Shown here: one piece after another, positions 27,832 to 36,622 of the stretch
Position numbering within the stretch: position 1 is the stretch's first letter
Layout: each line of letters begins with the position of its first letter
Virus record (IMG/VR): IMGVR_UViG_3300047320_000285
Span: 189,741 to 253,740 of that record
DNA: 64,000 nucleotides
Reading direction: 5' to 3' (one strand)
Notes under the pieces: generated by a model
Databases searched by the model: none
The model's input: only the letters and a program-made list of their open reading frames with translations
Told to the model about the DNA's origin: nothing
Translations under genes and position numbers: made by a program

Positions 27832-27869
27832 GGCATAAGCGGCTGGGTGCTACCCCAGCCTTTATGCCG
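27832..27869. terminator. Bidirectional terminator with GGCATAA/TTTATGCC foot
   Basis: ggcataagc-ggctggg-tgctac-cccagcc-tttatgccg. Confidence 0.7.
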
Positions 27870-27885
27870 CTTGTGGAAGCAAGCC

Positions 27886-28689
27886 TTAGCGGTAACCCCC
27901 CACCTGCATCTTGAGGTAACGCGTGTGGCTTTCGTTGTCGTTCTGGAACAGGACTTTCTGGAAGGTGGTTTCCATATACTCCTGATACAGTTGCTCAGAG
28001 TCCGCGTAGCTGTCGAGCACTTCCTTGATCTTGCCGATCACCTGACCGCCTTGGATTTCGCCGACGTCGACTTCAATCACCAGTTGGTTGTAAATAAACG
28101 ACTTGATCGCTAACTCACACAGCTTGACGAAGTACGGATAGCTGCGCAGCTGCAGATGGTTGAGGTTCTCATCGTTAGCGACGATACAGCGCACGTAGAT
28201 ATTGGGCGGCAGCACCATCGAGTCGCGCACCATGATGGTATTCTCGCCAATCAACTGGACCTTGTGGGTCGAGGTGATCGGAATCATCCCGTAGGCATCC
28301 ATCACCGCCTGACCGGCTTGCATCATGGTGCTGTTATCTGAGCCCGCCGCAATCCCAAACGAGGACGCCCGCAAGGGGTCGGTGAAGGTCACGTTCAGGA
28401 CCGCGATGATCGAGCGACCATTGGACTTCTCTTTGGGCACCCGATAGATCGAGGTATAATCATCAGTACGCTGGTAAGGGACGTCTTCCAGTCCGATCCA
28501 GACTTCTGTGCCGCCATGCAGATTACAGTCGATCAGGACCCGCGAGCGCAGGACCATATTGCGGATGGCCTCATCCACGTTCTGCGGTGCTGCGCGCCAC
28601 GTCTTCCCCCGATAGACGAACGCCAGCTCCAGCAGACGCTTAGGGATCCGAAACTTAACTTGGTCAATTGCATAATTGATGGGGTTGAT
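27886..28689 (-). CDS. Conserved phiKZ-like virion protein, about 267 aa, apparently initiated at ATC
   Basis: Frame is open 37 codons upstream of the annotated GTG, up to AGGAGG-ctatc-ATC-AAC-CCC (xNPINYAIDQVKFRIP); in-frame TAG immediately upstream. Confidence 0.65.
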   Translation of the reverse strand: MNPINYAIDQVKFRIPKRLLELAFVYRGKTWRAAPQNVDEAIRNMVLRSRVLIDCNLHGGTEVWIGLEDVPYQRTDDYTSIYRVPKEKSNGRSIIAVLNVTFTDPLRASSFGIAAGSDNSTMMQAGQAVMDAYGMIPITSTHKVQLIGENTIMVRDSMVLPPNIYVRCIVANDENLNHLQLRSYPYFVKLCELAIKSFIYNQLVIEVDVGEIQGGQVIGKIKEVLDSYADSEQLYQEYMETTFQKVLFQNDNESHTRYLKMQVGGYR

Positions 28690-28750
28690 GATAGCCTCCT
28701 AGAAAGAAACAAACCTATATCATTCTCATGAGAAAACTACAGGAGTAGCC

Positions 28751-29380
28751 ATGGCGACGAAGCATTATTTCCTCTCGTTCGAAGAACGGGTGGACGAAGT
28801 AACGAAGCGAGGATGGCCAGAGGAGTACGCGCAGCTCTGGTGGAAGAAATACTACGGACATCTAACAAGCGCGGTCTATCGCGGTACCAGCTCTGAGCTA
28901 ACGTTTGGAGACTATCTGGATAAGATCCTTGAGGCAGGGATTAAGATCCCAGAGCAAGTCTCAAAATACGCAGCTGGGTATGTGCTTGGTCGCTACACTG
29001 ACGAGGGTTCTTATACGGTCGATAGCTGTCGGTTCATTACGCAGCTGGAGAATACTCACGAGGCAATCAAGAATGGTCGTTGGGAGAATGTCTGGAAGAT
29101 CGTAGGCGATGTTCGTCGCGGTCAGACTAAAGAGACGCTTGCTTTTCTCGCGAAGATGGCTGAAACCAAACGAGGCCGAACTGCAGAAACCCATGCAGGC
29201 ATAGCGATTCAGGCTGACAAGATTGCTCGTGACTTTGCTTTCCAAGCACCTGATGGCACAGTCTATCGTGGTCGAAACCTGAAGAAGTTTTGTCGCGAGC
29301 ACAATCTGAATTCCGGTAACATGAACCAATTGTTGCTTGGTAGGAGGGACTCAGTCAAAGGCTGGAAACGTGTGCCGTAG
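28751..29380 (+). mobile_element. Free-standing HNH-like homing endonuclease gene with C-terminal DNA-binding module, 209 aa
   Basis: LTFGDY, LGRYTDEGSY..DSCRFI...EN, G.TKET repeats, APDG...FCREH.L...KGW; more A/T-ending codons than its neighbours. Confidence 0.7.
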
Positions 29381-29393
29381 ATTTTTTCAACCC

Positions 29394-29401
29394 TATATTA
29401 C
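29394..29401 (+). promoter_or_regulatory. Putative early promoter TATATTAC
   Basis: Exact phiKZ early consensus, preceded by a T-run. Confidence 0.6.
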
Positions 29402-29475
29402 CCAACTGTAATAGCACCAGCAATCACGTTGATGCGTTACCATCCCTTACATTTCCTTTATACTGGAGCTTCATC

Positions 29476-30285
29476 ATGACGACCGCCGCTAATGCTCAAG
29501 ACACGAACAATACGAACAATGCCGCTAAGGCGACGATGGCTGACAAGCTCAAAGCCATGGGTGCGATTCCCCCGATCCAACTGGAAGCCAAGCACGGCGA
29601 CCTGTTCGGTCAACTGTTCTTCGGTACCGCCAAGCGCGCCCTCGGTGGCGAATGTGGCGATGTGCTGGCCACCGCATACGCGGAGCGCACCGTGATGGAC
29701 AAGACGATGTACTACGCCGAAGGCACGGTGGATGCTGTGAAAGACGGCGCCGTCTCAGCTTACACGACCGCCAAGGAAATCGTGGTCGACGGCTACGACA
29801 CCGTCAAGGGTTGGGTGTCAGGCTCGGCCAAGGAAGACGCCAAGAAGAAGGTGGCGGACGACGCTGAGGCTGAGAAGAACAACCAAGCGAACGTCAACCG
29901 CGCTCGCTTCGAGAAGCACTTCGACCAGATCGAAAAGACGGTTGAGTACAACGCGAAGTGGGAAAATGGCACCGGTTACTTCAACCATCTGGTGACCAAC
30001 AAGGATCTGCAAACGAGCCTGAACATCGGTGAGATGGCCAAGTGCACGGATCCGCACGGTCGCAAGATGATCATCATGCAAACCTCGCTGGGTCTGCTGG
30101 TGGTGTTCGCTCGCCATGTCGATGAGAAGACTTCGTTCCGCGTGAATGCGGACAAGGACCTTATCAAGGAAATCGAAGGCTTCAAGGAAGAGTGCACCGA
30201 CAGCGTGCTGAGCGCGAAGGGCTTCGACATCATCTTCGGCGAAGCGGATAACTTCACGCTCGCCCAGAAGCTGATGCAGGCATAA
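29476..30285 (+). CDS. Hypothetical protein, probably early, 269 aa
   Basis: SD ggag; strong codon bias; follows TATATTAC. Confidence 0.75.
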   Translation: MTTAANAQDTNNTNNAAKATMADKLKAMGAIPPIQLEAKHGDLFGQLFFGTAKRALGGECGDVLATAYAERTVMDKTMYYAEGTVDAVKDGAVSAYTTAKEIVVDGYDTVKGWVSGSAKEDAKKKVADDAEAEKNNQANVNRARFEKHFDQIEKTVEYNAKWENGTGYFNHLVTNKDLQTSLNIGEMAKCTDPHGRKMIIMQTSLGLLVVFARHVDEKTSFRVNADKDLIKEIEGFKEECTDSVLSAKGFDIIFGEADNFTLAQKLMQA

Positions 30286-30340
30286 ACGCAGGGAGCCCAA
30301 TGGTGGGCTCCTTGTCTCAATCTGATTCAAGGAGCTTATC

Positions 30341-30739
30341 ATGGAAAACTTCACCCTGCTGCAAGCCGCCCTCACGCAACTCAATGCTAAGGACGGTCTG
30401 CCGGTCGACTTCAAAGGCCAGATGGTCCTGTACCGCCTCACAGTGGTCGATGCGGAATTCGTCAAGATCGAAGGCTTTGTGCCCCAATCGGGTACGGGTG
30501 CGTCGGTCAATGTCGCCCAGGACTTCAAGCAAGGCACCCTGTGGATCGCGCCGCAGAACGTGGCCCTTGATGATTATGTCCGTTGCCACGACGGGCTGGC
30601 CAGCAAACTGGTCCGCCTGAACACGCCGTTTCGCGAACACCGCTTTGAGGAGTTTGACATCCTCGAAGACCGCCCGGTGTTCGGCCTGCTGCTCCCGATC
30701 GAGTCCGCTGCCCTCTCCCAAGAGGTGGCGCTCGCTTGA
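30341..30739 (+). CDS. Hypothetical protein, 132 aa
   Basis: SD aaggag. Confidence 0.65.
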   Translation: MENFTLLQAALTQLNAKDGLPVDFKGQMVLYRLTVVDAEFVKIEGFVPQSGTGASVNVAQDFKQGTLWIAPQNVALDDYVRCHDGLASKLVRLNTPFREHRFEEFDILEDRPVFGLLLPIESAALSQEVALA

Positions 30740-30836
30740 CGGAGCAGTGGGCGGGGCTCCCTATGGGGGGCCTTTAATTTTTTCTCTTCATGCACCACAG
30801 TGTGTAAGACAAACACTAACAAGGAGTAATACAGCC

Positions 30837-31841
30837 ATGTCCGACGTTCTCACCCAAGCTAAGCGCAATGTGCTCATCATTGGCTGCGGCGGTGGCGGTA
30901 CCAACATCTCGTATAACCTCGAGAAGCTGCGCAACAGCAACGAACTCGGTTTTGCTACGGCCGAGATCGTCTACGTCGACGCGTCGCGCTCGAACATGCG
31001 TGCTGACATTCCGGCCAAAGCGGTCTACCTGATCGACGGCCTCGACGGCTCCGGCAAGGTGCGCTCGGAGAATCACAGCGAAATCGGTCTGCGGGTGAAA
31101 GACATCCTGCAGCGTTTCCGTCCGGGCGATCTGGTGATCGTGATTTCGACGCTGGCAGGTGGCACCGGTTCGGTGATCAGCCCGTTGCTGGTCAAGGAAC
31201 TGCTGATGCGCGGGATTCCGACTATCGTGATCGGCGTGGGTGACACCACCACCCGGCTCGACACCGAGAACACACTCAAGTCGATCCAGTCGTTCGAGCA
31301 CATCGCGAAGAAGGCCGACGTGCCGGTGGTGATGCAGTATCTGGAAAACAGCGAACGCAACTCGCGCGCGGAAATCGACAAGCAGGTCAAGCAGATGGTC
31401 GGCTCGCTGTGCTCGTTGTTCTCGGGCGAAAACCGCGAACTGGACAGCAAAGACCTGTTCAACTTCCTGAACTTCAGCAACCCGAAGGTCACGACGTATC
31501 AGGCACAACTGGCGACGCTGCATCTGCTGGGTCGCGACGACGATTTCAACGGCTTGGGCAATATCATCTCGGTGGCCTCGCTGCTGTCCGAAGGTGAAGC
31601 GTTCAGCCTGCCGGTGCGTCCGGAATACGCGACCTACGGTTATCAGCCGCGTGGTGTGAACGAAACGGTGGCCAAGGGTGCGCCCTACCACTTCGTGATC
31701 GCCGACGGCGTGGTGCCGGAAGTGGTGAGCGAGCTGGAGAAAATCATCGGCACGCTCAACGAGCAGCAAGAAGCTCGTCTGTCGCGTCGATCCATTCTGG
31801 GTTCGGCCGCTCGTCCTGACGAGTCCGGTCTGATTCTGTAA
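30837..31841 (+). CDS. phuZ: Phage tubulin PhuZ, 334 aa
   Basis: IGCGGGGTNI, DGSGKVRSEN, STLAGGTGS, ELDSKDL and acidic-hydrophobic C-terminal tail; SD aaggag. Confidence 0.95.
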   Translation: MSDVLTQAKRNVLIIGCGGGGTNISYNLEKLRNSNELGFATAEIVYVDASRSNMRADIPAKAVYLIDGLDGSGKVRSENHSEIGLRVKDILQRFRPGDLVIVISTLAGGTGSVISPLLVKELLMRGIPTIVIGVGDTTTRLDTENTLKSIQSFEHIAKKADVPVVMQYLENSERNSRAEIDKQVKQMVGSLCSLFSGENRELDSKDLFNFLNFSNPKVTTYQAQLATLHLLGRDDDFNGLGNIISVASLLSEGEAFSLPVRPEYATYGYQPRGVNETVAKGAPYHFVIADGVVPEVVSELEKIIGTLNEQQEARLSRRSILGSAARPDESGLIL

Positions 31842-31849
31842 AGGAACTG

Positions 31850-32528
31850 CTATGGGGCTGCGCCTTGTGTCGCTCGCCGCCGCGATTTGCACCGGCTTCG
31901 CACACGCGTTTAACGCGAGTTCGTGGAAGGTGGTCGCGGCGTCGACGGCATGGAACAGGGCTCAGCGTGACGAACCCGGACCTGGAATCGCTTCTGGGCA
32001 AACCGGGATCAGCCGGGGTCGCCAGTCAAGTGATGGCTGGCGCTTCGCACAACGCGTCCCGAGGAGGACTGTGGCACGGGTTAAGGGTATCCGTCAGCCG
32101 CAGTTAGCTTGACTCGGCGCGATGGTCTCGCGAAGAACCCAACTACCTCTGGGGCTGCACTGCCGAACCGAGCCGCGTCGGGGGAGCATCAGGTGTGGCG
32201 CCCAGCTGGGCACGTTGAGCTAACTCTCTTTCCACCAGAGAGTGATGAAACATGAAATGGCCTGCCACCGCCGGTGAGCAGACGGACGAAGCACTTCAGG
32301 GTTAGATGGGACCGTAAGCCGCGTGACGTATTAGCCCATGGGACTAGCGTACGGGAGCCGAGAGCCGCCGGAATCGCCTGCAAGGCACGAAGTCCAAGGT
32401 ATCCGCTACTTAGATGAGACCTAGTCCGCCCCCGGTTTCCGGGTCAGCCGCTAGGAGATTCGTAAGGGCGGGCCTTCAAGAACCTCTTGCTTCGGCAGGG
32501 GGTAGTCTTGAAGGCCCGTTTTTCTTTT
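31850..32528 (+). ncRNA. Candidate large structured non-coding RNA 1 (about 0.67 kb)
   Basis: Many nested helices (31857-31966 domain; 32102-32113/32214-32225 12 bp; 32341-32347/32421-32427) ending in a strong terminator; no credible CDS. Confidence 0.6.
32470..32528 (+). terminator. Compound intrinsic terminator closing candidate ncRNA 1
   Basis: gggccttcaaga-acctcttgc-ttcg-gcagggggt-ag-tcttgaaggccc followed by a T-run. Confidence 0.85.
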
Positions 32529-32538
32529 AGGAGTTTTC

Positions 32539-33048
32539 ATGTCACGTCGTTATCACCACCCACCCTTTAGCGAACACCAGCTGAGCAATGCGGTGGGCGC
32601 GTTCAAGACGTGGGATGATCAGATCAAGAACCACGGTCAGATCCTGTCGGTCGAAGATCTGGTCCACCGGATCGCTGAATGTCTGTTTGAGGAAGTCGAT
32701 CTGAACCCCAAACCGGATCGACTGGTGTATCTGTCCTCGCCTTACAATCACCCCGATCCCGAGGTGAAGGAAAAGCGTCGTAAGGCCGCCTGTAGCGCCG
32801 CTGGTTATCTGATCGAGCGCGGTATCCCGGTTCACTCACCGATCGCCCACAACGCCGCGATTCTGGAGCAAACGAGTGGCAAGAGTGGGTGGGAGATCTG
32901 GAAGCCGCAGGATCTGGCGCTGCTTAAGGCCAGCACGGAAATGGTGATTCTGTGTCTGCCGGGTTGGGAAGCCTCTGAAGGGATTCGGGGTGAGTTCCAC
33001 GCCGCCATGGAGATGGGTAAGCCCGTGAGCTATATGCGAGCTGATTAA
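32539..33048 (+). CDS. DUF1937 / nucleoside 2-deoxyribosyltransferase-like protein, 169 aa
   Basis: VYLSSPY, VHSPIAH, W...D..LL, LPGWEASEGIRGEF..A...GKPV pattern. Confidence 0.75.
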   Translation: MSRRYHHPPFSEHQLSNAVGAFKTWDDQIKNHGQILSVEDLVHRIAECLFEEVDLNPKPDRLVYLSSPYNHPDPEVKEKRRKAACSAAGYLIERGIPVHSPIAHNAAILEQTSGKSGWEIWKPQDLALLKASTEMVILCLPGWEASEGIRGEFHAAMEMGKPVSYMRAD

Positions 33049-33135
33049 CTGGGTCCGGCCCGTGTGGCCGGGCTTTATGCCCCTGTGTGTGATTTCTTAC
33101 ATAGGCAACAAATACTGTGTATAGGGGACACCACT

Positions 33136-33495
33136 ATGATCCGATCTTACATAAACGACGCGCCACGAGCGTTGCTGATTCAGGATGTGCACGAGCTACG
33201 CGCCGAGTTCCGGTTGTTGTGGCAGGAGATGGCTGACTACGATATCGACGAACACGAGGTACTGGAGTGGATTATCGCCAACTGGTTGCGTGAGCGTCAT
33301 CATCTGCTTGTCTGGGACCACAACCCGCACAGCCCGACCATGCATGCCATCAAGAACTTCCTGCGTGAATTCACGGCTTTCCCCTTAAACCAGTTGCTTG
33401 AGAAATATATCATCGCACCTGTTCTGTATAAGGGCTGTCGAGACATCACCTTGGATTTGCGTGGCGTCGACCTGTACCTCTGGTACTTCAAATAA
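33136..33495 (+). CDS. Hypothetical protein, paralog array member 1
   Basis: SD gggga; C-terminal RGVDLYL. Confidence 0.7.
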   Translation: MIRSYINDAPRALLIQDVHELRAEFRLLWQEMADYDIDEHEVLEWIIANWLRERHHLLVWDHNPHSPTMHAIKNFLREFTAFPLNQLLEKYIIAPVLYKGCRDITLDLRGVDLYLWYFK

Positions 33496-33523
33496 CACGT
33501 CGCAATTTACGAGAACTAACCAC

Positions 33524-34363
33524 ATGGAAGTGACCAAAACCATGATGATCGACATCGCTGACCTGTCACGGTCACTCGATGCGGGCATCGGCGAATACTT
33601 GAGACCGGAAGAAACAGGCTGGTACCTGCCTTACGATCTCGAACCCACACTGAAGGAAGGTCGGCCCTACTACGTCCATACGGCCAACCGGGGTCTGACC
33701 AAGGTCGAGCTGATTACGGCCCCCAAGGGCGTGGATGTCTACGACCAGCATGCGGACATTATCGTCACTGCGGAACAGACGCGGGCCTTAAAAGAGCGCT
33801 CGTATCCGCATCCGGCGCGGGCTATCAAGCTGCTCAAAGCCTGCGCTAATCATCTGGTCGACATCCACGCGGCATGGGGCGGTATCTACGAAGAGCAGCA
33901 TCGGCGTGAGACGCAAGAGCGTGGCGAGGCCAACGCAGGCTACAGTACCATCCGTAAGCAGGTCGAGGAAGTGCTCGACGAATACGGTTTGCTGGAACTG
34001 GCCAAGATCGATGAGTCACGCATGCACCCCTCTCAGGTGCATTACCTGAAAGAACGTGCCAAGCAGCTGCGTAAGCTGCCGAGCAAGGAAGTGCGCCGGG
34101 ATGAGGCCCGCAATCCAGCCAATCTGAATGCCATCATTGCGGAATTCGTCTATCCGCAGTATGAAGGGCAAGATGATATTTTGACCATGATCGAGGATCA
34201 TCTGCTGGACTTTAAAACAACAATCCTCGATTTCTTGGGTAAAGACAAATGGATCATGCATTTTCTCAAGGTCTCTCGTGGCTCGCTGATCGTCGAGAAG
34301 ACGGTGGACTATCGGATTTATTCGTGGATGGTGGAACACGGGTATTGGGACCGCAGCCACTGA
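33524..34363 (+). CDS. Conserved phiKZ-like hypothetical protein, array member 2 (longer), 279 aa
   Basis: WYLPYD, C-terminal RGSLIVEKTVDYRI. Confidence 0.7.
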   Translation: MEVTKTMMIDIADLSRSLDAGIGEYLRPEETGWYLPYDLEPTLKEGRPYYVHTANRGLTKVELITAPKGVDVYDQHADIIVTAEQTRALKERSYPHPARAIKLLKACANHLVDIHAAWGGIYEEQHRRETQERGEANAGYSTIRKQVEEVLDEYGLLELAKIDESRMHPSQVHYLKERAKQLRKLPSKEVRRDEARNPANLNAIIAEFVYPQYEGQDDILTMIEDHLLDFKTTILDFLGKDKWIMHFLKVSRGSLIVEKTVDYRIYSWMVEHGYWDRSH

Positions 34364-34425
34364 ACGCGTCAGAAGCAGCAGCCCCCAAGAATCTGCGCCC
34401 CGGCTACATTCCGGAGTCAATGGAC

Positions 34426-34833
34426 ATGAAGACATGGTTGGTGAGTTTGCGGGACTGCTACGCGACGCTGCAATACGGCTTGCTGGATTACGTGGTGCAG
34501 CATAAAGCCCGCATGCGGGTGCTCGATCCCAATCAGTGGGTCCGGGAAGTCGATCTGAATCCGATCATGTCCACCATTCTGGACTATGTATTTCTGGAGA
34601 AGATCGGTAAAGAGCCGTTCGACTTCGACGCCCTGATTATCCCGAAGCTGCAGGATCTCAGGGTGCCGATGGATGTCGGTCTGCCGCTGGTCCACGAGGT
34701 GGTCATGTACGTGGTCTCGACCATTGGTAACATCTTCCCAGAGATGTACTTTGGTCCCGACGTACGGATCAGCTACGAGATCGTCAGCGGCAATGACTTG
34801 TGGATCAGCACCACGAAAGACCCAGTGGACTGA
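34426..34833 (+). CDS. Hypothetical protein, array member 3
   Basis: SD ggag; C-terminal SGNDLWI. Confidence 0.65.
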   Translation: MKTWLVSLRDCYATLQYGLLDYVVQHKARMRVLDPNQWVREVDLNPIMSTILDYVFLEKIGKEPFDFDALIIPKLQDLRVPMDVGLPLVHEVVMYVVSTIGNIFPEMYFGPDVRISYEIVSGNDLWISTTKDPVD

Positions 34834-34860
34834 GCCACGATTATACAAGGAAGGATGCAC

Positions 34861-35319
34861 ATGGCCAATGCGCTTATATTGCCGACGTTTGAACTGGTGA
34901 CAGAGTGCTTGCCCTACGACAAAGTCTTCGCCAAGTTTTTACGGGGCGGCGTGAAAGATGTGGTGCGCGAGTCGATTGTCGGGCAAACGTTCTATCGACG
35001 GCACCAACCGCTGATCGACCCGAGTAACAACCGCTCAGGACTGATGGCGTCAATTCTGCACACGTTCGACGAGTATTGCATTCAGGAGTGGGGGGATGCG
35101 CACATGGAGCCGGGTACCAGCTTCATGGACGAGTACCTCGCCCAGTTTGCGATCATCGAGTTCGTGGTGCAGGAAGTCGAAGAGGGGGTGGAAAACATGC
35201 TGTACCACATCCTGCGTGCGCAACACATGCGTACGTTCGACGTCGATGAGTTCGAAACTCAGTGGCGGGGTCGAGACCTGATGGTCTATTTGAAATCGCT
35301 GAACCGGATAAGGAGCTAA
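34861..35319 (+). CDS. Hypothetical protein, array member 4
   Basis: SD aggaagg; C-terminal WRGRDLMV. Confidence 0.7.
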   Translation: MANALILPTFELVTECLPYDKVFAKFLRGGVKDVVRESIVGQTFYRRHQPLIDPSNNRSGLMASILHTFDEYCIQEWGDAHMEPGTSFMDEYLAQFAIIEFVVQEVEEGVENMLYHILRAQHMRTFDVDEFETQWRGRDLMVYLKSLNRIRS

Positions 35320-35321
35320 TG

Positions 35322-35858
35322 ATGCTGCCACGTGTCGTGATTATGGAAGTCGGAGAAGAGGTCAGCGAGTTCTTGGAAGCGATTCAGGCTGAGGATTTGC
35401 CGACCATCGATTTGGCTGCTGTCATGGATCAGGTGGTAGCGTGCGTGAATCATCCGGACGATCCGAAAGACGACCATGAGACCCTGGCACTGGTGGCCGG
35501 GTATATGGCGTATGGGGAAGGCCTACACGAAGGCCCCATTGATTTGACCGATGGTTGGTCCCCGCAACAGAAAAGTGGTGTGTTCGATGCGGTGATGCAG
35601 CTCGGTTGGCGCATGCGCTACCGCATCGCGGACCTCGGACTCGTACAGGAAGATCGGCGTTTCTTTAGCCATCGATTTAAGGAGATAGAGCGTGACCATA
35701 TTCTCAGGCTCGAACAAGACCAAGATACGCCTACCACCGTCACGACAGTCGTTAGTGCCGCTCCGCGTCATTGGCCCCGTGAACCCCGCGCAACCGACTC
35801 GCCTCATTTTGCCGACGTCGGACTTTATCAGCAAGTTTCAACGCGATGGTCTGCGTGA
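35322..35858 (+). CDS. Hypothetical protein, array member 5
   Basis: SD aggag; TAATG overlap with the previous gene. Confidence 0.65.
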   Translation: MLPRVVIMEVGEEVSEFLEAIQAEDLPTIDLAAVMDQVVACVNHPDDPKDDHETLALVAGYMAYGEGLHEGPIDLTDGWSPQQKSGVFDAVMQLGWRMRYRIADLGLVQEDRRFFSHRFKEIERDHILRLEQDQDTPTTVTTVVSAAPRHWPREPRATDSPHFADVGLYQQVSTRWSA

Positions 35859-36165
35859 AGACTTCGATTTTGAACCGGGGGACCGGTTCATCACCGATCT
35901 CTTTGAGCAGCTGACCTACGAACAGGACGCCCTCTTGATGCTCGGTGTGTATGCTGAAGAGATCGCGTACGACGTCACCTGTGGTCTGGAAGCTGAACGC
36001 CTAGTACGCCACATCGTTTATCTGGGCACGCAGATTCATCAGTTGCTTCAGTTACTGAAGGTGTATCAGCGCGGTTATCTGTTTCACCAGTTCGTCCAGT
36101 GGTGGGGTGCCGACATCATGGTGGGGGACTTCCGTTTGCTGGACATGGAACCGGAGGACCACTGA
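35779..36165 (+). CDS. Hypothetical protein, array member 6 (start uncertain; overlaps previous ORF)
   Basis: PTRLILPTSDF N-terminal motif; C-terminal WWGADIMV; TGATG overlap with the next gene. Confidence 0.55.
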   Translation: MNPAQPTRLILPTSDFISKFQRDGLREDFDFEPGDRFITDLFEQLTYEQDALLMLGVYAEEIAYDVTCGLEAERLVRHIVYLGTQIHQLLQLLKVYQRGYLFHQFVQWWGADIMVGDFRLLDMEPEDH

Positions 36166-36569
36166 TGCAAGGCGAGCAGCAGTATCCGAAGAGTATTATC
36201 GTCGGCACCCGTGACATCATGCGGCAGTTCGAGCAGGAGACACGGGGCTTGCCGCTGAAGCCACAGGACTTCACCGAAATCATCACGCAGGTCTTGGATC
36301 TGCTGTTGAACTTCGGCCCGGATGCCTGTGGCAGCTATCAGGCTTTACCCGACGTCAGTCGTCTGGTAAAGAATGAATGGGTGGAAGACGAACAGTTGGT
36401 GCGACTGAAAAACGCCAGCTTTCGCTTAGCGTGGGCCGTCCACAATCAGTGCGAGGCCTTGGGCTTTCGCACTTTCCGTCAGGACGACGGCTCGGTCAAG
36501 CGGGACTTCCCGTATGCGATCAGTGGCTGGCATGGTGGTGACGTGGTGTTGGATCATATGCCCTTCTAA
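36165..36569 (+). CDS. Hypothetical protein, array member 7
   Basis: SD ggagg; C-terminal WHGGDVVL. Confidence 0.7.
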   Translation: MQGEQQYPKSIIVGTRDIMRQFEQETRGLPLKPQDFTEIITQVLDLLLNFGPDACGSYQALPDVSRLVKNEWVEDEQLVRLKNASFRLAWAVHNQCEALGFRTFRQDDGSVKRDFPYAISGWHGGDVVLDHMPF

Positions 36570-36595
36570 ACGCCTCGTCTTCGGGCGGGGCGTTT
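36568..36595 (+). terminator. Hairpin terminator
   Basis: aaacgcctcgtc-ttcg-ggcggggcgttt. Confidence 0.6.
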
Positions 36596-36622
36596 GTCCA
36601 ACACTTCTTTTTTGGTTCCGCC

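Noticed and set aside
31852-32112. 86-aa ORF with SD (aagga) and signal-peptide-like start MGLRLVSLAAAICTGFAHA
   Set aside because: It lies wholly within densely base-paired sequence, lacks the phage's codon bias and has an Arg/Gly/Ser-rich, non-globular remainder. Not called as a CDS, but translation as a leader peptide is not excluded.
32151-32236. tmRNA/tRNA-like ends (GGGGCTG...TCCACCA) and a TGGCGCCC primer-binding-like word
   Set aside because: The acceptor stem does not pair, and there is no T-arm TTCGA, D-loop or tag ORF.
32300-32460. Group I intron (P7-like GGACUAG/CUAGUCC)
   Set aside because: No interrupted host gene, no convincing P3/P4/P6 or J8/7 consensus, and a terminator follows directly. 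Kept only as a structural hint within ncRNA 1.
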